A stretch of 64,000 nucleotides of DNA, taken from NCBI GenBank assembly GCA_965203455.1, contig CBDBCV010000010.1, positions 99,425 to 163,424 on the forward strand. The letters are read 5' to 3'. Position numbers and translations under genes: made by a program. The notes beneath the pieces are model-generated. The model made no database searches and was not told the origin of the DNA. It worked only from the letters and a program-made list of their open reading frames with translations. Of this stretch, positions 27,703 to 39,331 are shown piece after piece (the stretch's first letter is position 1; each line of letters begins with the position of its first letter). The stretch is from Alphaproteobacteria bacterium (GTDB taxonomy: Bacteria > Pseudomonadota > Alphaproteobacteria > MPNO01).

Positions 27703-29844
27703 GTGATTCGCAACACGACATCCGCACTGGCCGTTTTTTTCGGTCTCGGCGCGCTGGCGCTGGCCGCGTCGTGGCCGGGCGAGGCGCGCGCGGCGGCGTC
27801 CCAGTGGTGGACCAACGAGCACGGCGCGGTGCGTCTGATCGCCGCGTCGAACGCCGTCGGCGACGGCGGGACGCTGCGTCTCGGCATCCATTTCCGGATG
27901 AACGACAACTGGAAGATCTACTGGCGTTCGCCGGGCGATGCCGGGTTCCCGCCGCAGCCGGACTGGTCGGGCTCGGAGAACCTGGGCAAGGCGACGCTGT
28001 CCTGGCCCGCGCCGATGCGTTTTTCGGTCATCGGCCTCGAGACGCTGGGCTACAGCGGCGAGGTCGTTCTCCCGGTCGACGCAACCCTCGTCGAGCCCGG
28101 CCGTCCGCTCGTCGTCAGGGCGAAGATTCCCTATCTGACCTGCGACGACGTGTGCGTTCCCTATGTCGCGGATCTCGCGCTTCGGCTGCCGGCGGGGGGG
28201 GCGGCCTCGTCGATCGAAACGGCATTGATCGAGCGCTTCGCCGCGCTCGTCCCGCGCGGCGGCCCGGACCTCCCGATCCGCGTCGCATCGGTGGCGGCGG
28301 TCGGCGGAGACGTGACCCGGGCGCTGGAGGTCTCCATCGCCGCGGACGCGCCGCTGTCGCGGCCCGACATCTACGTGGAGGGGCCGGAAGGCTGGGCGTT
28401 CGGCGCGCCCGACTACCGGATCGACGCCGGCGGCAAGACCGCGTTCGCCCGCATCGCGGCTCTCGCGCCGCCGAAGGGCGGCGGAACCCTGGCGGGCCGC
28501 GAAATGCGCTTTACCGTGGTCGACGGCGTCCGCGCATCGGAACAGTCGCTGACGCCGGCGGCGGCGCGGACCGCATCGCCGGCCGTGGCGCCGCCGGCAG
28601 AAAGAGGGTTGTGGCTGGTCCTCCTGCTCGCCGTCGCGGGCGGGCTGATCCTCAACCTGATGCCCTGTGTGCTTCCGGTTCTCTCGCTGAAGCTGGTCTC
28701 CGCCATGGGGCACGGCGGGGGCGAGAGGCGCGACGTGCGGACCGGTTTTCTCGCCTCCGCGGCGGGCATCCTCGTGTCCTTCCTCGTGCTCGCCACCGGC
28801 GTCGCCGGGTTCCGTCTCGCCGGCGAATCCGTCGGCTGGGGGGTCCAGTTCCAGCAGCCCGTGTTCCTCGTCTTCATGGCGATCGTGGTGACCCTGTTCT
28901 CGGCCAATCTCTGCGGCCTGTTCGAGATCCGCCTTCCCGGGAGGGTGTCCGACATGGCGGTCGAGGCGAGCGGCCACGGGAAAAAGGGCGTGGCGGGCCA
29001 TTTCCTGACCGGCGTGTTCGCGACGCTTCTGGCGACCCCGTGCACCGCGCCGTTCCTCGGCACGGCGGTAAGCTTCGCGCTGTCGCGCGGCAGCGCCGAG
29101 ATCTACGCCGTCTTCCTGTGCCTCGGGATCGGTCTGGCGCTGCCCTACCTGGCGGGCGCCGCCTTCCCGGACATCGCGACCCGGATGCCGCGCCCCGGGC
29201 CATGGATGGTCACGCTCCGGCGCGGTCTCGGGATTCTGCTGCTGGCAACCGCCGTCTGGCTGGTGACGGTGCTCGCCGTCCAGCTCGGCACTTGGTCCGC
29301 CGTCGCGGTCGCCGCGGCGCTGGCGGCGCTCCTCCTCGGGCTCGTCTTCGCGCGTCCCGGGACCCGGCGGTCGCCCCGCCTCGGACGCGGTCTCGCCGGC
29401 GTTGCGGGCGCGGCGGCGCTCGCGCTCGCGATCTGGCCCGGTTCCGGGCCCGGCAACGCGACCGCCGCCGCCGCGCACTGGAAACCGTTCGACCGCGAGG
29501 CGATACGGTCCGCCGTGGCGTCCGGTGCCGTCGTCTTCGTCGACGTGACCGCCGACTGGTGCATCACCTGCCAGGTCAACAAGGCGCTGGTTCTCAACAA
29601 CGCGACCGTGCGCGGCCGGCTCACCGGGGACGGGGTGGTGGCGATGGTCGCCGACTGGACCCGTCCGAGCGACGAGATCGGCGCCTATCTCAAGTCTTTC
29701 GGCCGGTTCGGCATACCGTTCAACGCGGTCTACGGGCCGGCGCGGCCGAACGGCGAGCCGCTGCCCGAGCTCCTGACCGAGACGGCGGTGCTGGAAGCGA
29801 TGGACCGGGCCGCCGGCGGGTCTCCTCGGATCGCCGGACGCTGA
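27703..29844 (+). CDS. DsbD/ScsB-type protein-disulfide reductase
   Basis: Signal peptide, [35 protein letters not shown]-terminal thioredoxin WCITC. Confidence 0.9.
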   Translation: MIRNTTSALAVFFGLGALALAASWPGEARAAASQWWTNEHGAVRLIAASNAVGDGGTLRLGIHFRMNDNWKIYWRSPGDAGFPPQPDWSGSENLGKATLSWPAPMRFSVIGLETLGYSGEVVLPVDATLVEPGRPLVVRAKIPYLTCDDVCVPYVADLALRLPAGGAASSIETALIERFAALVPRGGPDLPIRVASVAAVGGDVTRALEVSIAADAPLSRPDIYVEGPEGWAFGAPDYRIDAGGKTAFARIAALAPPKGGGTLAGREMRFTVVDGVRASEQSLTPAAARTASPAVAPPAERGLWLVLLLAVAGGLILNLMPCVLPVLSLKLVSAMGHGGGERRDVRTGFLASAAGILVSFLVLATGVAGFRLAGESVGWGVQFQQPVFLVFMAIVVTLFSANLCGLFEIRLPGRVSDMAVEASGHGKKGVAGHFLTGVFATLLATPCTAPFLGTAVSFALSRGSAEIYAVFLCLGIGLALPYLAGAAFPDIATRMPRPGPWMVTLRRGLGILLLATAVWLVTVLAVQLGTWSAVAVAAALAALLLGLVFARPGTRRSPRLGRGLAGVAGAAALALAIWPGSGPGNATAAAAHWKPFDREAIRSAVASGAVVFVDVTADWCITCQVNKALVLNNATVRGRLTGDGVVAMVADWTRPSDEIGAYLKSFGRFGIPFNAVYGPARPNGEPLPELLTETAVLEAMDRAAGGSPRIAGR

Positions 29845-29862
29845 GCCCAAAAAGAGCGCCCG

Positions 29863-29905
29863 TCCGGGGTGACAAGCAGGCGCCCATCGCCTATGTCACC
29901 CCGGA
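29863..29905. promoter_or_regulatory. 12-bp perfect inverted repeat bracketing a candidate promoter of the peroxiredoxin gene
   Basis: tccggggtgaca-N19-tgtcaccccgga, containing GTGACA-N17-TATGTC. Confidence 0.45.
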
Positions 29906-29930
29906 TCGATACACCAGCGAGGGGCATGAC

Positions 29931-30413
29931 ATGACAATCCAGGTCGGCGACAAGATTCCTTCCGCAACCCTGACCGCGATGGGCGCGGACGGCCCGGGGC
30001 CGGTCGCCACCGACGAGCTGTTTTCCGGCAAGAAGGTCGTGCTGTTCGCGGTGCCCGGAGCGTTCACCCCGACCTGTTCGGCCAAGCACCTGCCGGGCTT
30101 CGTCGAGCAGGCCGACGCGATCAAGGCCAGGGGCGTCGACACCATCGCCTGCGTGGCGGTCAACGACGTGTTCGTGATGGATGCCTGGGGCAAGAGCCAG
30201 GGCGTCGGCGACAAGGTGCGGATGCTGGCCGACGGCAGCGCCGATTTCGCCAGGGCGCTCGACGTCGAGCTCGACCTCGTCGGCCGCGGCCTCGGCGTGC
30301 GGTCGCGCCGTTACTCCATGATCGTCGACGACGGCACCGTGACCCAACTCAATCTCGAAGAGGGCGGCGGGTTCGAGGTGAGCGACGCGGGAACCATCCT
30401 CAGCCAGCTCTGA
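29931..30413 (+). CDS. Peroxiredoxin (Prx5 type)
   Basis: FAVPGAFTPTCSAKHLPGF, AVNDVFVMDAW, RSRRYSM. Confidence 0.93.
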   Translation: MTIQVGDKIPSATLTAMGADGPGPVATDELFSGKKVVLFAVPGAFTPTCSAKHLPGFVEQADAIKARGVDTIACVAVNDVFVMDAWGKSQGVGDKVRMLADGSADFARALDVELDLVGRGLGVRSRRYSMIVDDGTVTQLNLEEGGGFEVSDAGTILSQL

Positions 30414-30428
30414 TCGCGAAACAGCGAG

Positions 30429-30875
30429 TCACGCACGGGCCTCGCGCGCCTGCGCGAGGCCTTTGCGCGCCAGCGCGTCGGCGCGCTCGTTGTCCGGGTG
30501 GCCGGCATGGCCCTTGACCCAGCGCCACTCGATGTCGTGCGGCGCCACCGCAGCGTCGAGACGTTGCCACAGATCGACGTTCTTCACCGGTTTCTTCGCC
30601 GCGGTCTTCCATCCGTTGGCCTTCCAGCCTTCGATCCAGCGCGTGATCCCGTCCCTGAGATAGGTGCTGTCGGTGTGGAGCCGCACCGTGGCAGGGCGCT
30701 TCAGGGTCTCGATCGCCCGGATCGCGGCGAGCAGTTCCATCCGGTTGTTGGTGGTCGCGGCCTCGCCGCCGCACATCTCCTTTTCGGCGCCGCCGTAGCG
30801 CAGCAGCGCACCCCAGCCGCCGGGGCCGGGATTTCCGCTGCAGGCGCCGTCGGTGAAGATCTCGACCGCGGTCAC
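30429..30875 (-). CDS. rnhA: Ribonuclease HI
   Basis: [45 protein letters not shown] overlaps the thrB stop. Confidence 0.96.
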   Translation of the reverse strand: MTAVEIFTDGACSGNPGPGGWGALLRYGGAEKEMCGGEAATTNNRMELLAAIRAIETLKRPATVRLHTDSTYLRDGITRWIEGWKANGWKTAAKKPVKNVDLWQRLDAAVAPHDIEWRWVKGHAGHPDNERADALARKGLAQAREARA

Positions 30876-31837
30876 GGTTCGAGCCCGTAGGCGCCGGGGT
30901 CCGCCACCCGCTGGTGAAACCGCAGCTTGTGCAGGTATTCGAGCGGGTCCTTTCGAGCGACCAGCACGCCCTCCGGCGGAAAGAGCGCATCGTGGAGGCG
31001 GGTCAGCAGAAACCGCAGCGCCGCCCCCCGGGCGAGCACGGGAAGGGCCTCGATTTCCGCCTTCTCCAGCTGCCGCACCGAATTGTAGCCCGCGATCAGA
31101 CGCCGGGCCTTGGTTACGTTGAAGCTGAGATCCGCCTCGAAACACCAGGCGTTGAGGCAGATCGCGAGCTCGTAGGCGTAGAGGTCGTTGCAGGCGAAAT
31201 AGAAGTCGATGATCCCCGACAGCCCGCCGCCGAGGAAAAAGACGTTGTCCGGGAAGAGGTCGGCATGGATCACGCCGGCGGCGGCGCCCGAGGGCCAGCG
31301 CAAATCGAGAAAATCCAGTTCCTCGTCGATCTCGCGGCGGAGGCCCGGGGCTATCCCGTCGGCCGCCTCCCGGCAGGTCGCGAACAGGGGCCGCCAGCCC
31401 GCCAGTCCCAGCGCGTTCTTGCGCCCGAGGGGGAAATCCGCGCCCGCCCGGTGCATTTCTGCGGTCGCGCGGCCCAGCGCCGCGCAATGTTCCGCCCCGG
31501 CCCTCCTGACGCACATTCCGTTGAGGAAGGTGACGATGGCCGCGGGACGCCCGCAAAGTTCGCGCAACGTCCCGCCGTCGCGGCCGGGCACCGGCGTGGG
31601 GCACACGATGCCGCGCCCGGCAAGGTGATCCATCAGTCCGAGAAAGAAGGGCAGGTCTTCCCGCGCGACCCGGCGTTCGTAGAGGGTGAGAATGAACGCG
31701 CCCCGCTCGGTCTGCAGCAGGTAGTTCGAGTTCTCGATCCCCTCCGCGATGCCCTTGCAGGCAAGCACGCCGCCGATGTCGTAGGCGCCGACGAACCCGT
31801 CGAGGGCGTCGTCCGGGACGTCCGTGTATACCGCCAT
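30872..31837 (-). CDS. thrB: Homoserine kinase type II
   Basis: [48 protein letters not shown]. Confidence 0.95.
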   Translation of the reverse strand: MAVYTDVPDDALDGFVGAYDIGGVLACKGIAEGIENSNYLLQTERGAFILTLYERRVAREDLPFFLGLMDHLAGRGIVCPTPVPGRDGGTLRELCGRPAAIVTFLNGMCVRRAGAEHCAALGRATAEMHRAGADFPLGRKNALGLAGWRPLFATCREAADGIAPGLRREIDEELDFLDLRWPSGAAAGVIHADLFPDNVFFLGGGLSGIIDFYFACNDLYAYELAICLNAWCFEADLSFNVTKARRLIAGYNSVRQLEKAEIEALPVLARGAALRFLLTRLHDALFPPEGVLVARKDPLEYLHKLRFHQRVADPGAYGLEP

Positions 31838-31853
31838 GCCGGGGTCGTCCGGG

Positions 31854-32798
31854 TCAGGCCGTCAGCGCCCGCGGCAGGCTGAACTCCACCGATTCCTCGA
31901 TCAGCGAGACCTCTTCGACGGTCACGTCGAATAGCGTCCGGCAAAGATCGATCAGCTCCTGAACCAGGATCTCGGGCGCGGAAGCGCCGGCGGTCAGGCC
32001 GAGCGTGCCCACGCCGTCCAACCAGTCCGGATCGATTTCCCGCGCCCGCTGGATCAACACCGCCTTGTCGCAACCCGCGTCCCTGGCCACCTCCGCGAGC
32101 CGCTTGGAGTTGGACGAATAGGGAGCGCCGATCACGGCGAGCGCGTCGCAGCGCCTCGCGATCGCCTTGACCGCCGCCTGGCGGTTGGTGGTGGCGTAGC
32201 AGATGTCTTCCTTGCGCGGCGGCTCGATGGCGGGAAAGCGCTCCTTCAGGACCTCGACGATCGCCTCGGTCTCGTCGACCGAGAGCGTGGTCTGGGTGAC
32301 GTAGGAAAGCCGCTCCGGATCCACGACCTCGACGGATCGCGCCTGTTCGACGGTCTCGACGAGGATCATCCTGCCTTCGGGGAGCTGGCCCATCGTGCCG
32401 ATCACCTCGGGATGGCCCGCGTGGCCGATCAGGATGACCTGGCGGCCCTCGCTCTCGTGGCGGCGCGCATCGACATGGACCTTGGTGACCAGCGGGCAGG
32501 TGGCGTCGAGATAGAACAGCTCGCGCTCGTCGGCTTCCGAGAACACTGCCCTGGCGACGCCGTGGGCGCTGAAGACGACCGGGACGCCGCCCGGAATTTC
32601 CTCCAGCTCCTCCACGAAGACCGCGCCCTTTTCCTCCAGCGCCTCGACCACGAAGCGGTTGTGGACGATCTCGTGGCGGACATAGACCGGCGCACCGTAT
32701 TTCTCGAGCGCCAGCTCGACGATCTTGATCGCGCGGTCGACGCCGGCACAGAAGCCGCGCGGGCCGGCCAGCAGAATTTTCAGCGGAGGCTTTTGCAT
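31854..32798 (-). CDS. ispH: 4-hydroxy-3-methylbut-2-enyl diphosphate reductase
   Basis: [43 protein letters not shown]. Confidence 0.97.
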   Translation of the reverse strand: MQKPPLKILLAGPRGFCAGVDRAIKIVELALEKYGAPVYVRHEIVHNRFVVEALEEKGAVFVEELEEIPGGVPVVFSAHGVARAVFSEADERELFYLDATCPLVTKVHVDARRHESEGRQVILIGHAGHPEVIGTMGQLPEGRMILVETVEQARSVEVVDPERLSYVTQTTLSVDETEAIVEVLKERFPAIEPPRKEDICYATTNRQAAVKAIARRCDALAVIGAPYSSNSKRLAEVARDAGCDKAVLIQRAREIDPDWLDGVGTLGLTAGASAPEILVQELIDLCRTLFDVTVEEVSLIEESVEFSLPRALTA

Positions 32799-32900
32799 CG
32801 GCTCCCGACTCCGTTCCGATCCCTGCCTTGAGGATCGGCGAACGGAACACTAGAGTGCCCCACCAGATACCACAGCGGCTTTCGGATAGGAACCTTGGTC

Positions 32901-33140
32901 ATGGCGGAACCGGTTATCGCGCAGAAGGAGCCCTACGGCGTCGAGGTCGAGGCGGGCAAGGAATACTGGTGGTGCGCCTGCGGGCGCAGCCAGTCCCAGC
33001 CGTTCTGCGACGGCTCGCACAAGGGCACCGGCCTCGCGCCGATGCAGTACGATGCGAAGGCGGACCGGACGATCTGGTTCTGCGGCTGCAAGAGCACGTC
33101 GAACAAGCCGGTCTGCGACGGCACCCACAACGACCTCTAG
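32901..33140 (+). CDS. CDGSH iron-sulfur domain protein (two motifs)
   Basis: WCACGRSQSQPFCDGSH and FCGCKSTSNKPVCDGTH. Confidence 0.9.
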   Translation: MAEPVIAQKEPYGVEVEAGKEYWWCACGRSQSQPFCDGSHKGTGLAPMQYDAKADRTIWFCGCKSTSNKPVCDGTHNDL

Positions 33141-33146
33141 GCCCGG

Positions 33147-33704
33147 ATGGCGCGCCCTTCGGGCTCCCCGGCCGTGCCGGCCTCCCGCGGAATCGCCGCC
33201 GCGCTGGCCGCGGCGTCGATATCCTTGCTGCTGTACGCCTGCGGCGGCGAGGAACGGTTCTCCGAGCGGATCTGCCCGCGGGTCCAGCTTCTCGAATATG
33301 CCGACAGGCTGACCGAATTCGCCCCCGGGGCGGGGCGGGACCTGACCGATGTCGTGCTCACAGGCCGGCTGGTCAATATCGGCGGGGAATGCAACGTCGA
33401 GGACGACAGGGTCGAACTCGATCTCACGGTCGAGTTCCTGCTCGAGCGCGGTCCGGCGAATCGGAGCCGCGAAGGGCGGTTCGCCTATTTCGTGGCGATC
33501 CCCGAGTTCCATCCCGCCGAGCGCGGCAAGCGCGTTTTTCCGGTCGAAATGAAATTCGAGAGCGGCGTCAACCGGGTTCTCTATCGCGACGAGATCTCCA
33601 TCGCGATACCGGTAACCGGACAGCGCCGCGCGCCCGACTTCAACGTCTTCATGGGCTTCCAGCTGGACCGCGGCCAGCTCCGGTTCAACCGGTCCGGCGG
33701 TTGA
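33147..33704 (+). CDS. Putative lipoprotein of unknown function
   Basis: Hydrophobic signal ending LYAC lipobox; CP...C pair; beta-rich body. Confidence 0.65.
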   Translation: MARPSGSPAVPASRGIAAALAAASISLLLYACGGEERFSERICPRVQLLEYADRLTEFAPGAGRDLTDVVLTGRLVNIGGECNVEDDRVELDLTVEFLLERGPANRSREGRFAYFVAIPEFHPAERGKRVFPVEMKFESGVNRVLYRDEISIAIPVTGQRRAPDFNVFMGFQLDRGQLRFNRSGG

Positions 33705-33762
33705 CGCGGATTTCCCCGCCCATTAGATAAGACCTGTCCGGCCCCGGGCCGGACGCTGCGCT

Positions 33763-33963
33763 ACACAGACGACGCCTGCGGGAGAGTCCGGTTCATCACC
33801 GGCGCCGAAGGAGCAAGGGCCCCGGAAACTCTCAGGCAAACGGACCGCAGGTCGATGTGTCTCTGGAAAGCGGGCCGCTTCGCGGATAGGGGAGCGGCTC
33901 CACCGAAGGGGTAAGCGGAACCGGCCGGTTCCGTGAATCTCTCAGGTCCACGGACAGAGGGGG
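33763..33963 (+). ncRNA. Tandem glycine riboswitch
   Basis: Aptamer 1 CCTGCGGGAGAG...CCGAAGGAGCAA...AAACTCTCAGGCAAA-GGACCGCAGG; aptamer 2 CTCTGGAAAG...CCGAAGGGGTAA...AATCTCTCAGGT--ACGGACAGAG; directly upstream of gcvT. Confidence 0.95.
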
Positions 33964-34006
33964 CGCGCGGCGCATTGTGCGCGCGTGCTGTCTGCCGGAG
34001 GACCCG

Positions 34007-35128
34007 ATGAGCGACCCCGAAACCGCGGCGGTAAAGACGACCCCCCTGACCGGTCTGCACCGTGAGCTCGGCGCCAGGATGGCGCCGTTCGCCGGCTACG
34101 ACATGCCGATTCACTATGCCGGCGGCATCATCGAAGAGCATCTGCACACGCGAAGCGCGGCCTCGCTGTTCGACGTCTCGCATATGGGCCAGCTCACGAT
34201 CCGCGGCGACGACCGGGTGCGGGCGCTGGAGGCGCTGCTGCCGGGCGACATCCAGGGGCTCGCCCCGGGCGGCATGCGCTACACGATGCTCACCGACGAG
34301 GCGGGCGGCATTCTCGACGATCTGATCGTCACCGATGTCGGCGCCTACCTGTTCGTCGTCGCCAACGCCGTCCGCAAGGAGGCCGACATCGCACATATCC
34401 GGGCGGCGCTGCCGGCGGGATGCGCGCTGGACGAGCTCGACCGCGGGCTCGTCGCGCTGCAGGGCCCGAAGGCGGCGGCGGCTCTGGCGGCGCTGGCGCC
34501 GGGCGCGGAGGCGCTTCCCTTCATGACCGCCGCGCCCTTCGAGATCGACGGCGTCAGGCTGGCGGTCAGCCGGTCCGGCTATACCGGCGAGGACGGGTTC
34601 GAGATCTCGATCCCGGCCGGGGAAACCGAGCGGATCGCCCGCATGCTGCTCGACCTGCCGGAGGTCGAGCCGGCCGGGCTCGGCGCGCGCGACACGCTGA
34701 GGCTGGAGGCCGGGCTCTGCCTCTACGGTCAGGACATCGACCGGACGACCACGCCGGTCGAGGCCGGTCTTGCCTGGACCGTCGGCAAGCGCCGGCGGGC
34801 GGAAGGCGGATTTACCGGCGCCGATGTGATCCTCGACCAGATCGCGTCGGGTCCGCCGCGCCGCCGTGTCGGGATCCGTCCCGACGGCCGCGCGCCGGCC
34901 CGCGCCCACACGACGGTGCGGGAGGTCGGCGGCGAGGCCATTGGGGAGATCACCAGCGGCGGCTTCGGGCCGAGCGTCGGCGGGCCGGTCGCCATGGGCT
35001 ACGTCGCCGCCGGGGCGAGCGAGGCGGGCCGGGCGGTCGAGGTCGTCGTCCGCGGCAAGCCGCTTCCGGCGCGGGTCGCGAAGCTGCCGTTCGTTCCGCA
35101 CCGCTATTTCAAGGGCAAGGGAGGGTGA
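34007..35128 (+). CDS. gcvT: Glycine cleavage system T protein
   Basis: [44 protein letters not shown]. Confidence 0.96.
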   Translation: MSDPETAAVKTTPLTGLHRELGARMAPFAGYDMPIHYAGGIIEEHLHTRSAASLFDVSHMGQLTIRGDDRVRALEALLPGDIQGLAPGGMRYTMLTDEAGGILDDLIVTDVGAYLFVVANAVRKEADIAHIRAALPAGCALDELDRGLVALQGPKAAAALAALAPGAEALPFMTAAPFEIDGVRLAVSRSGYTGEDGFEISIPAGETERIARMLLDLPEVEPAGLGARDTLRLEAGLCLYGQDIDRTTTPVEAGLAWTVGKRRRAEGGFTGADVILDQIASGPPRRRVGIRPDGRAPARAHTTVREVGGEAIGEITSGGFGPSVGGPVAMGYVAAGASEAGRAVEVVVRGKPLPARVAKLPFVPHRYFKGKGG

Positions 35129-35132
35129 GGCG

Positions 35133-35507
35133 ATGGCCGAACTCAGATACAGCGAGGAGCATGAGTGGGTGCGCGTGGAAGGCGATATCGCGGTGATCGG
35201 GATTTCGGACTACGCGCAGGAACAGCTCGGCGACGTGGTGTTCGTCGAGCTGCCGGAGCAGGGCCGTTCGGTGGCCAAGGGCGAGGAGGCCGCCGTCGTC
35301 GAATCGGTGAAGGCCGCGAGCGAGGTCTACGCCCCGGTAAGCGGGGAGGTGGTCGAGGTCAACGAGCCGCTGGCCGACGATCCGGGCCTGGTCAACCGGG
35401 AACCCACCGCCGGCGGCTGGTTCATCAAGGTGCGGATGACCGATCCCGGCGAGGTCGAAGCGCTGCTGGACGAAGCCGCCTACGACAATTTCGTCTCCAC
35501 CCTCTGA
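35133..35507 (+). CDS. gcvH: Glycine cleavage system H protein
   Basis: [31 protein letters not shown] lipoyl lysine. Confidence 0.96.
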   Translation: MAELRYSEEHEWVRVEGDIAVIGISDYAQEQLGDVVFVELPEQGRSVAKGEEAAVVESVKAASEVYAPVSGEVVEVNEPLADDPGLVNREPTAGGWFIKVRMTDPGEVEALLDEAAYDNFVSTL

Positions 35508-35526
35508 GCGAAGCGGGAGCCGGGCG

Positions 35527-36870
35527 ATGCGATATCTGCCGCTGACCGAAGCCGACCGGCGGGCGATGCTCGCCTCGATCGGCGCGCCGTCCGTGGACAG
35601 CCTGTTCCGGGACGTGCCGGAACCGGCCCGCGATCCGGTCTTCGACCTGCCCGATCATGCGGGCGAGATCGAGGTCGAACGCGCGCTCGGCGTGCTCGCC
35701 GCGCGAAATGTTTCCGCCGGATCGGTCCCGTTCTTCCTCGGCGCCGGCGCCTATCGCCACCACGTGCCGGCGAGCGTGGACGCGCTGATCCAGCGGGGCG
35801 AGTTCCTCACCTCCTACACGCCCTACCAGCCCGAGATTTCCCAGGGGACGCTGCAGGCGCTGTTCGAGTTCCAGACCCAGGTCGCTCTGATCGCCGGGCT
35901 CGATGTGGCCAACGCCTCGATGTACGACGGCGCGACCTCGTGCCTGGAAGCGGTAAACATGGCGCTCCGGGTGACAAGGCGGCCGCGTGTCGTCGTCTCC
36001 GGCGCGCTCCATCCGCAATACCGCGAGGTGACGGAGACCGGGCTCCGATATCTTTCCGCCGAGCTCGACTGCCTGCCGCCCGATTTCGACGGCACGGAGT
36101 CGCTCGCCGGCAGGATCGACTCCGAGACCGCCTGTGTCGTCGTCCAGTACCCCGATTTCTTCGGCCGGGTGCGCGACCTCGCGCCGCTCGCCGGGGCGTG
36201 CCGCGATGCCGGCGCGCTGCTGATCGTCGCGGTCACCGAGGTCGTCGCGCTCGGCGCGCTGAAATCGCCCGGCGAGATGGGCGCCGACATCATCGCGGCG
36301 GAGGGCAAGTCGATCGGCAATCCGCTCACCTTCGGCGGACCCTATGTCGGGCTGTTCGCCTGCCGCGAGCGCCATGTCCGGCAAATGCCCGGGCGTCTGG
36401 CGGGGGAGGCGCTCGACGCCGACGGCAGGCGCGGCTGGGTCCTGACGCTGGCGACGCGCGAACAGCACATCCGGCGCGAGAAATCGACCAGCAACATCTG
36501 CACCAATTCGGGCCTGTGCGCGCTCGCCTTTGCCATCCATCTGAGCCTGCTCGGCGAGGAAGGGTTCTCGCGGCTCGCGCGGCTCAACCACGCGAAGGCC
36601 GCGGCGCTCGCCGACCGGCTCGATGCCGTCCCCGGCGCGGCGGTGGCGAACGACAGCTTCTTCAACGAGTTCACGCTGCGTCTCGACCGGCCCGCCGCCG
36701 GGGTCGTGGACGAGCTTGCCGGGCGCGGCGTGCTGGCCGGGGTCCCGGTCTCGCGCCTCCTGCCCGGCGAGCCGGAGGCGGCGCCGCTTCTGCTGGTCGC
36801 CGCGACGGAGACGACGACCGAGGACGACATGGCGGCCCTGGAAGCCGCGCTCGGGGAGGCCCTGAAATGA
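35527..36870 (+). CDS. gcvPA: Glycine dehydrogenase subunit 1
   Basis: [43 protein letters not shown]. Confidence 0.96.
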   Translation: MRYLPLTEADRRAMLASIGAPSVDSLFRDVPEPARDPVFDLPDHAGEIEVERALGVLAARNVSAGSVPFFLGAGAYRHHVPASVDALIQRGEFLTSYTPYQPEISQGTLQALFEFQTQVALIAGLDVANASMYDGATSCLEAVNMALRVTRRPRVVVSGALHPQYREVTETGLRYLSAELDCLPPDFDGTESLAGRIDSETACVVVQYPDFFGRVRDLAPLAGACRDAGALLIVAVTEVVALGALKSPGEMGADIIAAEGKSIGNPLTFGGPYVGLFACRERHVRQMPGRLAGEALDADGRRGWVLTLATREQHIRREKSTSNICTNSGLCALAFAIHLSLLGEEGFSRLARLNHAKAAALADRLDAVPGAAVANDSFFNEFTLRLDRPAAGVVDELAGRGVLAGVPVSRLLPGEPEAAPLLLVAATETTTEDDMAALEAALGEALK

Positions 36871-38381
36871 GCGCCGGAACGGCGGCGGACGGCATCCGCC
36901 ATCGCGGGCTCCGCTTCGAGGAGCCCCTGATCTTCGAGCAGGGCGCGGACGGCAGGACCGGCGTCGACCTGCCCGATCCGCCGGAGGCGCGCGATCGTCT
37001 GGGCGGGCTGGCGCGCGAGGCGCCGATCGGCCTGCCCGGTCTCTCCGAGCCCCAGGTGGTGCGCCACTTCACGCGGCTCAGCCAGAAGAACTACGCGATC
37101 GACACCGGCCTCTACCCGCTCGGCTCGTGCACGATGAAGCACAACCCCCGGCTCAACGAGAAGCTCGCGCGTCTGCCGGGGTTCGCCGACATCCATCCGC
37201 TGCAACCCGAGTCCACGATACAGGGCGCGCTCGCGCTGATGGACCGGCTTACGGGCTGGCTGAGGGCGCTGACCGGAATGCCCGCGATCGCGCTCTCCCC
37301 CGCCGCCGGGGCGCACGGCGAATGGACCGGGTTGATGACGATCCGCTCGGCGCACGAGGCGGCGGGCGATCCCCGAAAGCGCGTGCTGGTGCCCGATTCC
37401 GCGCACGGCACCAACCCGGCGAGCGCCGCGATGTGCGGCTACGAGGTCGCCGCGGTGCCGCTCAACGCGCGCGGACGGGTGGATCTGGAGGCGCTGAAAT
37501 CGGCGCTCGGCGACGACGTCGCGGCCTTCATGCTGACCAACCCCAACACCTGCGGCCTGTTCGAGGACGAGATCCTCGAACAGGCGGACGCGGTGCACGA
37601 GGCGGGCGCCTATTTCTACTGCGACGGCGCCAACTTCAACGCCATCGTCGGCCGGGTGCGGCCCGGCGACCTCGGCATCGACTGCATGCATCTCAACCTG
37701 CACAAGACATTCTCGACGCCGCACGGCGGGGGCGGGCCGGGAAGCGGCCCGATCGCGCTGTGCGCGGCGCTCGCGCCCCACGCGCCGGTTCCCTACGTCG
37801 TCGAGGGGCCGGACGGGTTCCGATTGGTCGAGACCGACCCCTCCGGCCGGGCGTTCGGGCGGGTGAAGGGTTTCCACGGCCAGATGGGCATGTTCGTCCG
37901 CGCGCTCGCCTACATCCTGAGCCACGGCATCGACGGGCTCCGGCAGGCGTCTTCCGACGCGGTCCTGAACGCGAACTACGTCTCGGCCGGGCTCGCCGAC
38001 CTGATGAGCCTCCCCTATGAGGGCCCCTGCATGCACGAGGTCCTGTTCGACGATGCGTTCCTCAAGGACACCGACGTGACGACGCTCGACCTCGCCAAGG
38101 CGATGATCGACGAGGGGTACCATCCGGCGACGATCTACTTCCCGCTGGTGGTCCACGGCGCCCTTCTTCTGGAGCCCACCGAGACGGAATCGAGGGAAAG
38201 CCTCGACCACCTGATCGCCACGCTGCGGCGCATCGTGGAGCGGGCGCTGGCGGGCGACGCCGACGCCTTCCATGCCGCGCCCGGGGAAGCGCCGCGCCGC
38301 CGCTTCGACGAGACCGCAGCCGCGCGCCGCCCCGTCTTGCGCTGGCGTCCGCCGGCGACGGAAGATCAGGCCGCCGAGTGA
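36867..38381 (+). CDS. gcvPB: Glycine dehydrogenase subunit 2
   Basis: [44 protein letters not shown] lysine, EPTETES. Confidence 0.96.
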   Translation: MSAGTAADGIRHRGLRFEEPLIFEQGADGRTGVDLPDPPEARDRLGGLAREAPIGLPGLSEPQVVRHFTRLSQKNYAIDTGLYPLGSCTMKHNPRLNEKLARLPGFADIHPLQPESTIQGALALMDRLTGWLRALTGMPAIALSPAAGAHGEWTGLMTIRSAHEAAGDPRKRVLVPDSAHGTNPASAAMCGYEVAAVPLNARGRVDLEALKSALGDDVAAFMLTNPNTCGLFEDEILEQADAVHEAGAYFYCDGANFNAIVGRVRPGDLGIDCMHLNLHKTFSTPHGGGGPGSGPIALCAALAPHAPVPYVVEGPDGFRLVETDPSGRAFGRVKGFHGQMGMFVRALAYILSHGIDGLRQASSDAVLNANYVSAGLADLMSLPYEGPCMHEVLFDDAFLKDTDVTTLDLAKAMIDEGYHPATIYFPLVVHGALLLEPTETESRESLDHLIATLRRIVERALAGDADAFHAAPGEAPRRRFDETAAARRPVLRWRPPATEDQAAE

Positions 38382-38392
38382 TTGCAGGGAGG

Positions 38393-39331
38393 ATGACGGT
38401 GGAACGCAGCTTCGGGCTGGTCGGCGCCGGGACCATGGGCAAGGGGCTCGCCCGCAACCTTCTCGGGAACGGTTTCGCGCTCTCTGTCCACGACATCGAC
38501 GCCGCGGCGGTCGAGCGCGCCGTCGGCATGGGGGCGAAGCCCGCCAACGGTCTCGCCGGGCTGTGCGAGGCGGCCGAAACGATCGGCACCTGCCTGCAGA
38601 GCATCGAGGCGATCCGTTCCGTGTATCAAGGGCCGGACGGGCTGATCGCCAACGCGCGCGAGGGTTCGGTGCTGATCGACTTCTCGACGAGTGATCCCGC
38701 GGTGACCCGCGAGCTGGCTGCCGAGGCCGAAGCGCGTTCCGTGCATGTCGTCGACGCGCCGATGCTGCGCATGGAGCAGCACGCCTGGGACGGCGAGGTG
38801 GTGCTCCTGGTCGGCGGGCCCGAGGAGATCGTCGAGCGCTGCCGCCCCGCCTTCGAGGCGGTGTCCGAGCGCTTCGTCCATTGCGGCCCGGTGGGGACGG
38901 GCCACATTTTCAAGATTCTGAACAACATCAACGGGCTCTGCATCCATGCGATGTATGCCGAGACCTTCGCGCTGGCGGCCAAGCTCGGGGTCGATCTGGA
39001 ACGGCTGCTCGACGTGCTCTCCAACAGCACGTCCAACAGCGCGGCTCTGGGCGCGCTGTCCGGGCGGATCGTCACCGGCGCGGACGGACCCTTCTTCGCG
39101 ACCGATGTCGCGCTCAAGGACGTCTCGCTGTTCGCCAAGCTCGCGGCCGACACGAAATCGCCGTCGCTGCTCGCCAACGCCACCCGCGAGATCTACCAGC
39201 TCGCCGCGCTGATGGGGTACGGCGACAAGGACGTGGTCAATGTCGGGGCGGCGCTCCGTCGGCTCGCTCTGGGCGAGGACGCGGGAGGCGCCGCTGCCCG
39301 ACCGCTGGCGCAGAAGCCCCCCTCACCCTGA
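38393..39331 (+). CDS. Beta-hydroxyacid dehydrogenase family NAD(P)-dependent oxidoreductase (start ambiguous: 38378, 38393 or 38399)
   Basis: GLVGAGTMG, DFSTS, GTGHIFKILNN catalytic Lys motif. Confidence 0.88.
   Translation: MTVERSFGLVGAGTMGKGLARNLLGNGFALSVHDIDAAAVERAVGMGAKPANGLAGLCEAAETIGTCLQSIEAIRSVYQGPDGLIANAREGSVLIDFSTSDPAVTRELAAEAEARSVHVVDAPMLRMEQHAWDGEVVLLVGGPEEIVERCRPAFEAVSERFVHCGPVGTGHIFKILNNINGLCIHAMYAETFALAAKLGVDLERLLDVLSNSTSNSAALGALSGRIVTGADGPFFATDVALKDVSLFAKLAADTKSPSLLANATREIYQLAALMGYGDKDVVNVGAALRRLALGEDAGGAAARPLAQKPPSP

Noticed and set aside
26866-29850. 994-aa minus-strand ORF and 939-aa plus-strand ORF (27594-30413)
   Set aside because: Shadow frames of dsbD; only the last 160 codons of the second are real (peroxiredoxin).
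26961-32798. yqgE-dsbD-prx-rnhA-thrB-ispH as a new redox system
   Set aside because: Looks like conserved housekeeping synteny; the peroxiredoxin has no signal peptide, so direct use of the periplasmic DsbD output is unsupported.
32812-32846. Hairpin upstream of ispH as a riboswitch
   Set aside because: Only a short bulged stem; no match to any aptamer I recognise.
35527-38381. Split gcvP as gene breakage
   Set aside because: The two-subunit GcvPA/GcvPB form is a normal, well-known arrangement.
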